Part shown: positions 8,624 to 18,547 of the stretch, piece by piece
How the letters are laid out: each line of letters begins with the position of its first letter
Position numbering within the stretch: the stretch's first letter is position 1
NCBI GenBank assembly: GCA_016203445.1
Contig: JACQMS010000030.1
Coordinates: 1-56,547, forward strand
Source: Candidatus Woesearchaeota archaeon
GTDB taxonomy: Archaea > Nanobdellota > Nanobdellia > Woesearchaeales > ARS49
Direction of reading: 5' to 3'
Length of the DNA stretch: 56,547 bases
Program-made: the position numbers and the translations under genes
The notes under the pieces: generated by a model
Seen by the model: only the letters and a program-made list of their open reading frames with translations
What the model was told of the DNA's origin: nothing
Database searches by the model: none

Positions 8624-10576
8624 ATGTCTGAAGAAGTCTTAAAAAAAATGCTGGAAGGAGATAAGAGTTTGCTGAAGGATAATTCGAAAGATACTTCTTA
8701 TAGTGCTGAAAATATTCAAGTTTTGGAGGGTTTGGAGCCCGTTAGGAAAAGGCCCGGCATGTATATCGGCAGTACCGGCCCCAGAGGTCTTCATCATCTT
8801 GTTTACGAAATTGTTGATAATAGCATTGATGAAGCCATGGCGGGTTTTTGTAAGAATATAAAAGTTATATTTCATAATGATAATTCTGTGACTGTTGAGG
8901 ATGACGGCAGGGGTATTCCTATAGCTGAGCATACTAAATACAAAAAGTCTGCTTTAACTATCGCTCTTACAATGCTTCATGCTGGCGGAAAGTTTGATAA
9001 GAATACTTACAAAGTTTCTGGAGGGCTTCATGGTGTTGGTGCTTCTGTTGTTAACGCGTTGTCTGAAAAACTTGTTGCTGTTGTTAAGCGTGATGGAAAA
9101 ATGGTTAGGCAGGAATTTTGCAGGGGCGCTGAAACTACTCCAGTACAAATTATTGGTGATTCTTCAGAAACAGGAACTATTATAACTTTTCATCCGGATC
9201 CTCAAATTTTTGAGAGTATTATTTTTGATTATGAAACTATATCTTCGAGGCTTAGAGAGCTGGCTTTTTTGAACAAGGGTGTGAGCATATTGTTGTCTGA
9301 TGAGAGATCTGGAATTTCTGATCAGTACTTGTACAAAGGGGGTATTAAAGAGTTTGTTGAACATCTTAATAAGAATAAGCAGGTTTTGCACCCGGTATTT
9401 TTTGTTGAGAAAGAAAAAGATGGAGTCATCATAGAGGTTGCTCTACAGTATAATACAACTTATTCCGAGCAGATATACAGTTTTGCTAACAATATAAATA
9501 CTCATGAGGGCGGGTCTCATCTTACTGGCTTCAGAACTGCTCTTACTAGAACTATTAATTCTTATGCTGATAAGCAGAAATCTTTCAAGAGTGATGAAGC
9601 AAAGTTTACTAGTGATGATATGCGCGAAGGTCTTACTGTCGTTATTAGTGCTAAAGTTCCAGAGCCTCAATTTGAGGGTCAGACTAAGACTAAGCTTGGC
9701 AATAGTATTATTAAGGGTATTACTGAAACTATTTTTGGCGAGTCTTTCACGGCGTATCTTGAGGAACATCCTCATGCAGGTAAGGCCATAATAACTAAGT
9801 GTCTTGACGCGTTTAATGCTCGTGAAGCTGCTAGGAAGGCCAAGGATTTGGTTAGGAGGAAAAGCTTACTTGAGGGTTCAAGACTTCCCGGAAAACTTGC
9901 TGATTGTTCTTCTAAAAATGTCGAGGAGTGCGAGTTGTATCTTGTTGAGGGCGATAGCGCTGGTGGCAGTTGCAAAATGGCTCGTAAGAGGGAGTTTCAG
10001 GCCATTCTTCCGTTGAAGGGTAAGGTTATCAATGTTGAAAAAGCCAGACTTGTTAAGGTTTTGAAGAATGAGGAAATAATTAATATGATTACTGCTCTTG
10101 GTACTAGTATTGGTGAAGATTTTGATGCTAAAAAGTTGAGGTATGGCAAAATAATAATAATGACTGACGCAGATGTTGACGGCAATCATATTACTTGTTT
10201 GCTTCTAACTTTTTTTTATCGTCACATGAAAGAATTGATTGTGCAGGGCAGGATTTATCTTGCTCAACCTCCTTTGTACAAATTGTGGAAGGGCAAGAAT
10301 GTTGTTTATGCTTATGATGAGAAGAACAGGGAGTCTTCAGAGAAAAGTTTTGGTGAGGGCGTTAATATCCAGAGATATAAGGGTCTTGGCGAGATGAATC
10401 CTGAACAATTGTGGGAGACTACTATGAATCCTGATTCTAGGACTTTGAAAAAGATTACTATTGAGGATGCTATTGTCGCTGACGAGTTGTTCACTAGACT
10501 TATGGGTGATGATGTCGAGCCCAGAAAAGAGTTCATAATGGCTCATGCTAAAGAAGCAGTAATGCTCGATGTGTGA
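8624..10576 (+). CDS. gyrB: DNA gyrase subunit B
   Basis: RKRPGMYIG, EIVDNSIDE, GGLHGVG, EGDSAGG, MTDADVDG, RYKGLGEMNP. Confidence 0.95.
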   Translation: MSEEVLKKMLEGDKSLLKDNSKDTSYSAENIQVLEGLEPVRKRPGMYIGSTGPRGLHHLVYEIVDNSIDEAMAGFCKNIKVIFHNDNSVTVEDDGRGIPIAEHTKYKKSALTIALTMLHAGGKFDKNTYKVSGGLHGVGASVVNALSEKLVAVVKRDGKMVRQEFCRGAETTPVQIIGDSSETGTIITFHPDPQIFESIIFDYETISSRLRELAFLNKGVSILLSDERSGISDQYLYKGGIKEFVEHLNKNKQVLHPVFFVEKEKDGVIIEVALQYNTTYSEQIYSFANNINTHEGGSHLTGFRTALTRTINSYADKQKSFKSDEAKFTSDDMREGLTVVISAKVPEPQFEGQTKTKLGNSIIKGITETIFGESFTAYLEEHPHAGKAIITKCLDAFNAREAARKAKDLVRRKSLLEGSRLPGKLADCSSKNVEECELYLVEGDSAGGSCKMARKREFQAILPLKGKVINVEKARLVKVLKNEEIINMITALGTSIGEDFDAKKLRYGKIIIMTDADVDGNHITCLLLTFFYRHMKELIVQGRIYLAQPPLYKLWKGKNVVYAYDEKNRESSEKSFGEGVNIQRYKGLGEMNPEQLWETTMNPDSRTLKKITIEDAIVADELFTRLMGDDVEPRKEFIMAHAKEAVMLDV

Positions 10577-10640
10577 TCGTATTATAAATAATTTTGGACT
10601 CATATGCTTTATATGTTGGAAACAAATACTTGCAGTCAAC

Positions 10641-11420
10641 ATGGATTTTATTGTAAATCCTAAACATCGGCATTATGGTGGTGAATCGAAAAACTTTTGG
10701 GTTATAGATAATGGTGGTTTTAGTGATGCTAATTTATATTCCAGAATTGTCGAAAGTGAAGTTCTAATTACTGATCTTGATGAGTCAATTGCTCAAAGTC
10801 CTGCAAGAATTATTGCTCAAACTCATTCTCTGAGAAAGTTTCCTGGAACTCTTGAGTATTGGTGTTGGGTTGCCAAATACTTGTTTAAATATTTGGGCGG
10901 TGATTCAAACATTGAGAGTTCTGCTTGGAAGGAATATGTTAGTAAATTTCTTAGAACTCCTGAAGAGCGCAGGAGTGCCGGCGAGTATTTCACTACTGAT
11001 ATTGTTTCAAAAATATTGTATCCTGGAGTTAGAGATTTTTATTGCGTTCTTCCAGAAAGCATGAAAAAATCTTGTGTGACCAGAAATATTGAAGAAGTAG
11101 CACTGCAATTCACTCGTCCTCTAGGAATAAATAGTGTTGTCGCGGAAGCTTTTTACAAGTCTACGATTGTTGAGCTCATGATTAAGGCAGCTCCTTGGAG
11201 GAAGAGGTACTTGTTGATTGGTGATTCTTCCGAGGATGAGGAGGCTCTTGATGTTTTGAGATCTATTAAGAAAAAAGGTTTTATAGATTTTGTTCTTAGC
11301 ATATGGGTGTGCAAAAGTCCTGACGATGCTAATAAAGAGTTTGATATTTCTATTGGAAGAAATTATTCTGGTCTCGTCGAAATAATAAAGAATCGTCGAA
11401 GTATTGAGAGCCGTTTGTAA
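10641..11420 (+). CDS. Hypothetical protein, possibly a degenerate HAD-fold
   Basis: LLIGDS near the C-terminus resembles HAD motif IV. ATG 10641 preferred over the ORF-track start 10569. Confidence 0.55.
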   Translation: MDFIVNPKHRHYGGESKNFWVIDNGGFSDANLYSRIVESEVLITDLDESIAQSPARIIAQTHSLRKFPGTLEYWCWVAKYLFKYLGGDSNIESSAWKEYVSKFLRTPEERRSAGEYFTTDIVSKILYPGVRDFYCVLPESMKKSCVTRNIEEVALQFTRPLGINSVVAEAFYKSTIVELMIKAAPWRKRYLLIGDSSEDEEALDVLRSIKKKGFIDFVLSIWVCKSPDDANKEFDISIGRNYSGLVEIIKNRRSIESRL

Positions 11421-11460
11421 GAGTTTTTTTCAGGAAAAGTCACAGGAATTTTCAAGGAGC

Positions 11461-11473
11461 AAACTTTATAAAC
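11461..11473 (+). promoter_or_regulatory. Archaeal BRE/TATA-like promoter of rps3ae
   Basis: AAACTTTATAAAC, identical to the motif upstream of the S-layer gene. Confidence 0.55.
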
Positions 11474-11488
11474 CATCCACTTTTCACG

Positions 11489-12130
11489 ATGTTCATGAGT
11501 GATAAGGACAAAGAAAAAGCACCTGTTAAGTCTGAAAAGTCTGAAGAGAAGAAAGATTCTGCTCCCCAACCCAAGGCCAAGCTGAAGAAGCTAATTAAGA
11601 AAAGGTGGTATCAAATAATTGCTCCAAAATTTCTTAACGAGTTAATAATCGGGGAAGTTTACGCTGGCGATGCTAAGGATGTTGTTGGAAGAACTTTTCA
11701 CGTTAATCTTGCAGCGGTTACTGGCGAATCTCAGCATCAACAAATGCACGCCGGTTTTAATGTAACTCATGTTAATGGTGATAAAATTTTTACTATACTT
11801 AAAGGTCTTAAAATAATTCCTTCAGCTGTGAAAAGGCTTATACGAAGAAAAAAGCCAAGGGTTGACATTAGTTTTGTTGTTCAAACTAGCGATGGTTTTA
11901 GTGTTCGAGTTAAACCATTTGGTGTTGCTAGGGGCAGTGCTAGTGGTGGCGTTATGGCTAAGCTTAGAAACGAGATTAAGAGATTGCTGACTGAAACTGC
12001 CAAGACAAATAGTTATGATGATTTGTTGTCGAGTGTTCTTAATAATACTCTACAAAAAAATATTTTGGAATCCTCAAAAAAAATTTATCCTTTAGGGCGT
12101 TTTGAGATAAGGTGGATAGAGCGGGAATAG
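11489..12130 (+). CDS. rps3ae: 30S ribosomal protein S3Ae (eS1)
   Basis: KKRWYQIIAP, GRTFHVNL, YPLGRFEIR. Confidence 0.9.
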   Translation: MFMSDKDKEKAPVKSEKSEEKKDSAPQPKAKLKKLIKKRWYQIIAPKFLNELIIGEVYAGDAKDVVGRTFHVNLAAVTGESQHQQMHAGFNVTHVNGDKIFTILKGLKIIPSAVKRLIRRKKPRVDISFVVQTSDGFSVRVKPFGVARGSASGGVMAKLRNEIKRLLTETAKTNSYDDLLSSVLNNTLQKNILESSKKIYPLGRFEIRWIERE

Positions 12131-12134
12131 TGAC

Positions 12135-12737
12135 ATGAAGCTTTTGTCTAGAGGGGCTGAAGCAGAAATTTTCTTAGATAGTAAAGGACTAATTCATAAG
12201 TTCAGAGTTGTAAAAAATTACCGGCACAAAGATCTTGATAATGTTCTAAGATTTGAGAGATCCAGAAAAGAAGCCAACATTCTTAGAAAGGCGCTGAAGA
12301 TTGGTCTACCAGTTCCTAGAGTTTTTGAGCAGAAAGATGACTTGTTAATTATAGAGAAGATTTCTGGAGTTAATGTTGCGAGTATTGGTACAGAGCTGTC
12401 TTTGAGGATTGCTGTTCAGATTGCCGAAATTCTTGCAAGGATGCATGATGAAAATATTATTCATGGGGATCTTACTACTAGCAACATTATTCTTGGTGTT
12501 GACGAAAAACTTTACATTATTGATTTTGGTCTTGGGACAACTTCTACCAGAATTGAGGATAAGGCTGTTGACTTGCACGTTTTGGAAGAATCTTTGGAAG
12601 CGAGGCATCCTATAAATTCCGCGCACTTTTTTGAAATTTTTTGTGAGCATTACAAGAAAAATTCTTCTAAAGGCAGAGCTGTTATTCAAAGGTTGCAAAA
12701 AGTGAGGTCTAGAGGCAGGAACAAGTTACAGGTTTAA
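12135..12737 (+). CDS. bud32: KEOPS complex kinase Bud32
   Basis: GAEAE, YRH..LD..LR..R, IIHGDLTTSN, IDFGL, DKAVDLHVL. Confidence 0.93.
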   Translation: MKLLSRGAEAEIFLDSKGLIHKFRVVKNYRHKDLDNVLRFERSRKEANILRKALKIGLPVPRVFEQKDDLLIIEKISGVNVASIGTELSLRIAVQIAEILARMHDENIIHGDLTTSNIILGVDEKLYIIDFGLGTTSTRIEDKAVDLHVLEESLEARHPINSAHFFEIFCEHYKKNSSKGRAVIQRLQKVRSRGRNKLQV

Positions 12738-12786
12738 AAAATAAAAATAGTAATGTTTATATACGTCTCTAAAAACCAGAACTCTT

Positions 12787-13011
12787 ATGGAAGCAAGGCC
12801 TTTGGACGCATTGAACAATGCTCGCGGAAAAAATGTTCTTGTAGAATTGAAGAATGGCAGACAGTTTGTTGGAGCGTTGAAAGCCTTTGACATCCATATC
12901 AATGTTGTTCTTGATAACACTGAAGAAAGGGAAAACGGTCAGACTAAGAGAAAGATTGGGACTGTTTTCTTGAGAGGGGACACCATTATTTTAATAAGTC
13001 CTAGTGCATGA
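12787..13011 (+). CDS. Sm-like protein (Lsm/SmAP)
   Basis: RPLDAL, FDIHINVVL, FLRGDTII. Confidence 0.93.
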   Translation: MEARPLDALNNARGKNVLVELKNGRQFVGALKAFDIHINVVLDNTEERENGQTKRKIGTVFLRGDTIILISPSA

Positions 13012-13033
13012 TTCTTTTTTAGAAGGTGTATTA

Positions 13034-13207
13034 ATGAAAGGAACTTATAGTATGGGCAAGAAGTCTAGGGGTCACACGCACATTCCGTGCAGGAGGTGCG
13101 GTCACACTAGCTATCACAAAAGTCATGGGTTTTGTTCCAGGTGTGGCTATGGTAATTCTTCTAAGAAGAGGAAGTATTCTTGGCAGGCTAAAAGGAAGAA
13201 GGATTAG
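13034..13207 (+). CDS. rpl37e: 50S ribosomal protein L37e
   Basis: KGTYSMGK, HIPCRRCG, CSRCGYG, YSW. ATG 13034 follows AGGTG. Confidence 0.95.
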   Translation: MKGTYSMGKKSRGHTHIPCRRCGHTSYHKSHGFCSRCGYGNSSKKRKYSWQAKRKKD

Positions 13208-13218
13208 TTCCTTTTTGT

Positions 13219-14097
13219 TTAGCAGTATTCAAGATCTATTGTTTGTTTAACTTCTTGATATTTATTAAATAACAAAGGAAAAACATCTTTTAATTCTTTT
13301 TCTTGACTTTCTTCATTTTCAATACTTTCAATCAATGCTGTATAAAGTTCTCTAAGTTCTCTATATAGACCCACAACTACCTCGTCTTTTGCTTCGTAAA
13401 CTTGAGAAAAAGTTTTGAATAAATCACCAAGCTGACCCAAATATTTAATCAGATCTGCTGTAATTGCTAATTGATTATTGAGTGTGACTCTGATTTTATT
13501 TAACTGAGTTTTATATAAATTAATATCTCCGCCTAGAGCAATCTCCTGTTCAATTGTTTTTCTATATTTCTGAATCTTGCGCCATAAGTCAACCATTTGA
13601 GTGGCCATTGCACGATTTAGCTTAAAAGTTGTAGATTTTTTCTTGCTTGATTTTATAAACCCTATAATTTTAACAATTCTAGTAAGATTAGAGCCAAGCT
13701 TTGTCAGTTTTGATTTATCTGTTAGTGGTTGACTTCGTAAGACATTATATGCTATCATAGTATCTTTTAGTTTTTGTTCACTGTAGTTTTCTGAAGAAGA
13801 AATATTTTCAAGAATTTTATTTAAATCATTTAATTCATTATTAACTGCCTCAATCTGGCGCCGAATAGTATTTTTTAATTCACCTAAAATTTTAAGGCTG
13901 CCTTGAACCAATGTAAACTTAGCATTAATCTCCTTTTCTAAATTACTTGCTAACTTTTTTTTATAAGAAATAATGTCTTCTTCTTCAGAAAGACTCTTTC
14001 TTAATTGAGATATTAATCTGTCAATAACATAAATTTTATCTCTTATCAATCTTACTCTAATCTCTTCTTTTGGTGATATCTTCATTAATAAGAACAC
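13219..14097 (-). CDS. Coiled-coil hypothetical protein
   Basis: Heptad-rich K/E/L/I composition, AT-rich DNA. Confidence 0.7.
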   Translation of the reverse strand: MFLLMKISPKEEIRVRLIRDKIYVIDRLISQLRKSLSEEEDIISYKKKLASNLEKEINAKFTLVQGSLKILGELKNTIRRQIEAVNNELNDLNKILENISSSENYSEQKLKDTMIAYNVLRSQPLTDKSKLTKLGSNLTRIVKIIGFIKSSKKKSTTFKLNRAMATQMVDLWRKIQKYRKTIEQEIALGGDINLYKTQLNKIRVTLNNQLAITADLIKYLGQLGDLFKTFSQVYEAKDEVVVGLYRELRELYTALIESIENEESQEKELKDVFPLLFNKYQEVKQTIDLEYC

Positions 14098-14112
14098 ATC
14101 ATTAATTTATAT

Positions 14113-15006
14113 TTAAACTTTGCTTTTATACATTACAATCCTAGATTCTAATTGAGAAATATAACTTGGGGCCATAATATCTAATGACCTGACAATATTT
14201 CTTAAGGCCAAGAAATATCTATCTCTTTCAAGCTTATTTAAACTGGCGGCATGATTAATAACATGTTTATACGTACTCAATATTTTGTTGCTGGTTTCTG
14301 ATGGAGACAGTACGCTTTCAGGACTACAACTAGCTTGGTCAATAAAATAAAGCAAATCACTGTTGTTAAATTTTAGAATTTTTGGCAATACTTTAATCAT
14401 GTTTCTAACAAAATGATCTGTTCTTTGTTGCGGCCTATCAAATTTATCCATTACAAAAGAAATATAATTAGCTACTGCATCCAATATAAGTACTTGATGT
14501 TTTTTTCCACGCTCACCTTTTAAATGAGCTAATCTTTTTTCAATTTCGTAAAATAATTTCTTTGTTCTTTTATTTTTGTTTTTTATCATACGATATATGT
14601 GCCATGCGTGATATATATCTCTAGAAGAATTAGGATCTAAATTAAGATTTTTAAGAGTTGCTTCAAGCCCTGATATAGTTCTTTTATTATAAAGAATGTC
14701 TGCCGCAACTCCAGATGCATCCATATCATAACAACCAAAAGAATGATCAGATTCTATAACACCAACAAGCTCTTTAAATCTTTGAGTTTCGTATAATTCA
14801 TTGTGAACTATTTCAAAAGCTTTCATCCTATCATCAGGAGATTTTGGATCTAAACTCTGTTCTTTCATTAATAAATTAACTTTTGCCTCGAAAAAAACAT
14901 TATTATAAAGAGAATTAAAGCAATCAATTGAAGGATTAATGCAATCTTTATCCAATTGCTCAATCAGTGAAGCTATATCGTCAGCCAAGCGTATCCCCCC
15001 GAACAA
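14113..15006 (-). CDS. Hypothetical protein
   Basis: 297-aa ORF, AT-rich, no recognised motif. Confidence 0.7.
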   Translation of the reverse strand: MFGGIRLADDIASLIEQLDKDCINPSIDCFNSLYNNVFFEAKVNLLMKEQSLDPKSPDDRMKAFEIVHNELYETQRFKELVGVIESDHSFGCYDMDASGVAADILYNKRTISGLEATLKNLNLDPNSSRDIYHAWHIYRMIKNKNKRTKKLFYEIEKRLAHLKGERGKKHQVLILDAVANYISFVMDKFDRPQQRTDHFVRNMIKVLPKILKFNNSDLLYFIDQASCSPESVLSPSETSNKILSTYKHVINHAASLNKLERDRYFLALRNIVRSLDIMAPSYISQLESRIVMYKSKV

Positions 15007-15199
15007 GACTAGAAAGATAACAAACTATATAAACTTTAGTATCAAATGATGGTTAAATGTTGTCAAATCGATTACCCAATCACCACAAGCGGTGGCGTAA
15101 GTTATTGGAGATTTATTCTGACACTTAAGTTGACATCAACTCGCCATAGATACTATTATATATATCTAATATTGACTTCATGTTTAGTTGTTTTGTTTC

Positions 15200-15283
15200 G
15201 CGGAGGTGCCGGAGCGGTCAAACGGAACTGGTTTAGGCCCAGTTGGCTTAGTGCCTTCGCAGGTTCGAATCCTGTCCTCCGCA
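15200..15283 (+). tRNA. tRNA-Leu(TAG)
   Basis: Acceptor GCGGAGG/CCTCCGC (T-stem has one G-T), anticodon arm ACTGG-TTTAGGC-CCAGT, long variable arm, GGTTCGAATCC. Confidence 0.97.
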
Positions 15284-15357
15284 TTTTATGATCATACTGG
15301 AAACATCACATCATTGCGGATATTTTTGGTTTAATCTATGGAACGCGTGCAGGTTAT

Positions 15358-15582
15358 GTGAGGCGTGGAGGAAAAATTATTGATAGTGCTTGCGGAGCTT
15401 TTATCTTAGATTGTCTTGATTTTCATGTTCGATATGAGGATGGTTCTCGATTGGGAGATCTTGCGTGGGGCGATACTATCCATGAATGTGAAAGAGTTCT
15501 TGCGTGGATGCCTGATCAACTTCTCATTGCCGCTGCCAACGAACGATTGTATCAAGAATTGTTGCAGTATATACATCGTTAA
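15358..15582 (+). CDS. Small hypothetical protein or gene remnant
   Basis: Frame is open from about 15292 with no ATG. GTG start at 15358. Confidence 0.3.
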   Translation: MRRGGKIIDSACGAFILDCLDFHVRYEDGSRLGDLAWGDTIHECERVLAWMPDQLLIAAANERLYQELLQYIHR

Positions 15583-15840
15583 TAATGTGCAATTATCTAT
15601 TATGCTATGTTGTTTTTGAGGTTTTTGTATAGGTTCTTGTATAACATTTGTAGAACTATGAGTAAAGTACTTACTAATCGTACTATTATTTTTATACAAT
15701 TATTGCTTATACACGGTTTTTCTCAAAAAAAATGAGTTTTTATAACTGCTACTTATTGGTAGCACTATGCTGAAAATACTCTTTTTGGCTTTGTTAGGGG
15801 TGTCATAGTGTTAGTGCGTTGATCAGTATACTCTTGACTA

Positions 15841-15855
15841 GAAAACTTTATAAAC
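15841..15855 (+). promoter_or_regulatory. BRE/TATA promoter of the S-layer gene, followed by a long structured leader
   Basis: GAAAACTTTATAAAC. Hairpin GAACAC..GTGTTC in the leader. GGAGGTG before ATG 15985. Confidence 0.6.
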
Positions 15856-15984
15856 TATCTGACTTCCGTTAATACCGGCTAGCCAGTGTTGTATGCTGGT
15901 TGATCCAAAAAAGCGGTGAACACGCGGAATTAACGAGTGTTCATAACGAATAAGAAATAGCAAACACATGGAGGTGTTTCAAGA

Positions 15985-18402
15985 ATGAGAGTAAGAACCG
16001 CTGTAAAAAAGATGGTCGCTTTAGGGACCGGTTTAACCATGGTCGGAGCCACAATGTTTGGGGCTATGGCCGCGGCAGACCTTGCGATGTACCCAGCGCC
16101 ATTCGTGTCAGCTGGTACTTATGACGCTACTGTAGTTTTAGGTAGTAGCGCTAAGACCGAGGATGTTATCGGTGCGATTGATATCGCAACGGCACTCCAA
16201 GCTGCAAATGTAGTTTCAACACCAATAGCTGGAGGTACTGCAACTGTTACCGTTGATAACGGTGCAAAGTTTATGACCTCGAGCACTAAATTAAGATATG
16301 GTGACAACTTGTCCGGAGTCAAAGCAACTTTGACCAAGACCGAATTACCAGGATTGTTAGCAAACAAGCAGGTTACTGGAACTGATGGAACGACTTATGA
16401 CTTAAGGTTTGAAGTGGTTTCTCCAACAAAGAACTACATCTCCTTTGGAAAGTCCGTTCTAGACGTAACTGAGCCAGTATTGTTTTACGACTGGACTACT
16501 AATGATGGTAATTACACTACGAGGATTAAGTTTCCTACAGCTGTAAACCTATCATTGCTTGCAAACAAGGATATTGAATTGTTTGGCAAAAAGTTCACCG
16601 TAGGAACCGCTTCAGAGCAATCGTCAACAAAGTTAACGTTGTACGCTTCAGGAACCGATGTTTCTGTTGACAAGGGAACTCCAACGACTATCGGCACTAA
16701 CACTGTTGAAGTTGTAGGAATTAATGCTAACCTTGGAGCAACTACCGAAGGAGCTGCAACTTTAAGAGTTAACGGTGAAACCCAGGCAGTAGCCAAAGGT
16801 AACACGTATACTCTTGGAACTCCTCAAGTCAGAGTGTACATCAAAGACGTTTTTGTTTATGACGCGCAAGCTGGATTGGGCGGAGCGAGACTCTTCGTTG
16901 GTTCTGAAAAGATTGTTCTAGAAGGTGGCAATGCTGTAACTAAGGGAACTGCTAACACAGTTGTTGATGGAACTTCTGTAGTTTTCACGGCAGGTTCTGC
17001 AAGCAAAGTTGCGCAGATTGATGTTGCTGTAACTCCCAGCTCTTTTGCAACCGAAGTCAAAGGTTCAAAGATCGGTGGAGAACTAGCAGATCCAGTCTTT
17101 GGCAGCTTTAAATGGCTTTTCCACAGCTTTTCTCCAGCATTAGATGATGCTTCGAGAAATGATATAGTGTTGACAGCTTCAAACACCGATTTGAATTTGA
17201 AAGCTCCACTAACCACTGGACAGTTCAGCGCGAACGTATTGCACGGTAATGACACACCAGCTAGTGGTAATGAGACGTACCTTGCATACTCTTCATCTAA
17301 GAGGATATGGACACAGTCAGGAACTGCTATCCCTAAGGGTGACTACTTCATCTTAAATGATGGTAAGGACAAGTCCAGATTCTTGAAATTTTCAGGAATC
17401 AGCAACACTTCGACTAGTCAGAAGATAACTGTTGAAGATGTAGCTACTGGAACTTCTACAGAGTGGTCCCACACCGAAGGAACTACAGGTTCTACAATGA
17501 CTTATGACGGAGTTCAGTACTCATTTACTGTTACTCCCTCAGGAACGTCTGATGGTAGCTTGTTGATAACGAACGCTGCAACTGATGGTAGTGCTGCAGG
17601 TATAGCAAACTTCTTGTTCGCCGCTAGAGGCGCAAAGATAACTTTGCCATCCTCATCGGCTGGAGCAGTAACTCAAAGAGTTACCGTTACTGAGAAGACT
17701 GCATACATGGAGGGTACAAACCCTGATGATTACGGTCAGATTAACGTGACTGTAACATATAGTGAGGGCGCAACAGGTAATGATGTCGCTCTAGGAACTC
17801 CAACGTATGACGCAACTGCTGGAGCTGCATGGAGCACGTTAGTAGTTAAGGGTGATGGAGCTAGCTATCCAGAACAAGCCGTAACTCCTTACGGTACATT
17901 TGTGGAAACTTCTGGTGATACAAACTCTAGAACAAAGTTAACACTAAAGTACACTGGTTCGCAATCGGAAGTTAACTTCTTCCTCGCACCTACAAGCGCC
18001 GCTGCTGCAACAACAACAGTTTCTGGAACTTCAACTGATAAAGTTGTAAAGATTCCTGTTGGTTCTGCACAGTTAGACAGCGAAGTTGCAAGCACTTGGA
18101 AGAACTCCAACACCATAGTTGTTGGTGGACCTTGTGTCAACAGTGTAGCAGCATCACTCCTCGGAAATCCTGCGGTTTGTACTACAGGTTTCACTGAAGG
18201 TGAAGCAATGATCAAGCTATTCGAGCAATCGAGTGGTAAGGTCTCATTGCTAGTTGCTGGATTCTCTGGTTTGGACACTAGAAGAGCTGCAAGAGTACTC
18301 AACGACTACAAAACGCACCAGGCATCTGGAGCTTTGAAGGGAACTTCAGTAGTTGTAAAAGGTACAAGCTTGACTGCAACAAGTGTAGAAGCCGGTAAGT
18401 AA
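15985..18402 (+). CDS. S-layer protein (split S_layer_N / S_layer_C type)
   Basis: Signal peptide KKMVALGTG, DLAMYPAPF, VVLGSSAKTEDVIGAIDIA, C-terminal LDSEV..IVVGGPCVNS. C-ending codon bias suggests high expression. Confidence 0.88.
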   Translation: MRVRTAVKKMVALGTGLTMVGATMFGAMAAADLAMYPAPFVSAGTYDATVVLGSSAKTEDVIGAIDIATALQAANVVSTPIAGGTATVTVDNGAKFMTSSTKLRYGDNLSGVKATLTKTELPGLLANKQVTGTDGTTYDLRFEVVSPTKNYISFGKSVLDVTEPVLFYDWTTNDGNYTTRIKFPTAVNLSLLANKDIELFGKKFTVGTASEQSSTKLTLYASGTDVSVDKGTPTTIGTNTVEVVGINANLGATTEGAATLRVNGETQAVAKGNTYTLGTPQVRVYIKDVFVYDAQAGLGGARLFVGSEKIVLEGGNAVTKGTANTVVDGTSVVFTAGSASKVAQIDVAVTPSSFATEVKGSKIGGELADPVFGSFKWLFHSFSPALDDASRNDIVLTASNTDLNLKAPLTTGQFSANVLHGNDTPASGNETYLAYSSSKRIWTQSGTAIPKGDYFILNDGKDKSRFLKFSGISNTSTSQKITVEDVATGTSTEWSHTEGTTGSTMTYDGVQYSFTVTPSGTSDGSLLITNAATDGSAAGIANFLFAARGAKITLPSSSAGAVTQRVTVTEKTAYMEGTNPDDYGQINVTVTYSEGATGNDVALGTPTYDATAGAAWSTLVVKGDGASYPEQAVTPYGTFVETSGDTNSRTKLTLKYTGSQSEVNFFLAPTSAAAATTTVSGTSTDKVVKIPVGSAQLDSEVASTWKNSNTIVVGGPCVNSVAASLLGNPAVCTTGFTEGEAMIKLFEQSSGKVSLLVAGFSGLDTRRAARVLNDYKTHQASGALKGTSVVVKGTSLTATSVEAGK

Positions 18403-18414
18403 AACTCTTACCGC

Positions 18415-18462
18415 TTTTTTATTATTTTTTTATTTTTTTTTCTTTCTCTTTCTCATTTTTTT
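18415..18462 (+). terminator. Oligo-T terminator after the S-layer gene
   Basis: Long T-rich tract directly after the stop codon. Confidence 0.6.
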
Positions 18463-18547
18463 GTTATGCCTCACGTGGTACCCTATCGCATTTTTGGTTC
18501 TACCGTGAGAATTTTGAAAGTTGGGGTTTTAAAGGAGGTATAACAAA

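Noticed and set aside
11489-13207. rps3ae-bud32-lsm-rpl37e cluster as a novelty
   Set aside because: Lsm-rpl37e linkage is well known in archaea and all four are housekeeping genes.
16119-18302. Long antisense ORFs opposite the S-layer gene (also opposite ftsZ and the LamG gene)
   Set aside because: Expected shadows of biased codon usage, fully overlapping confident genes.
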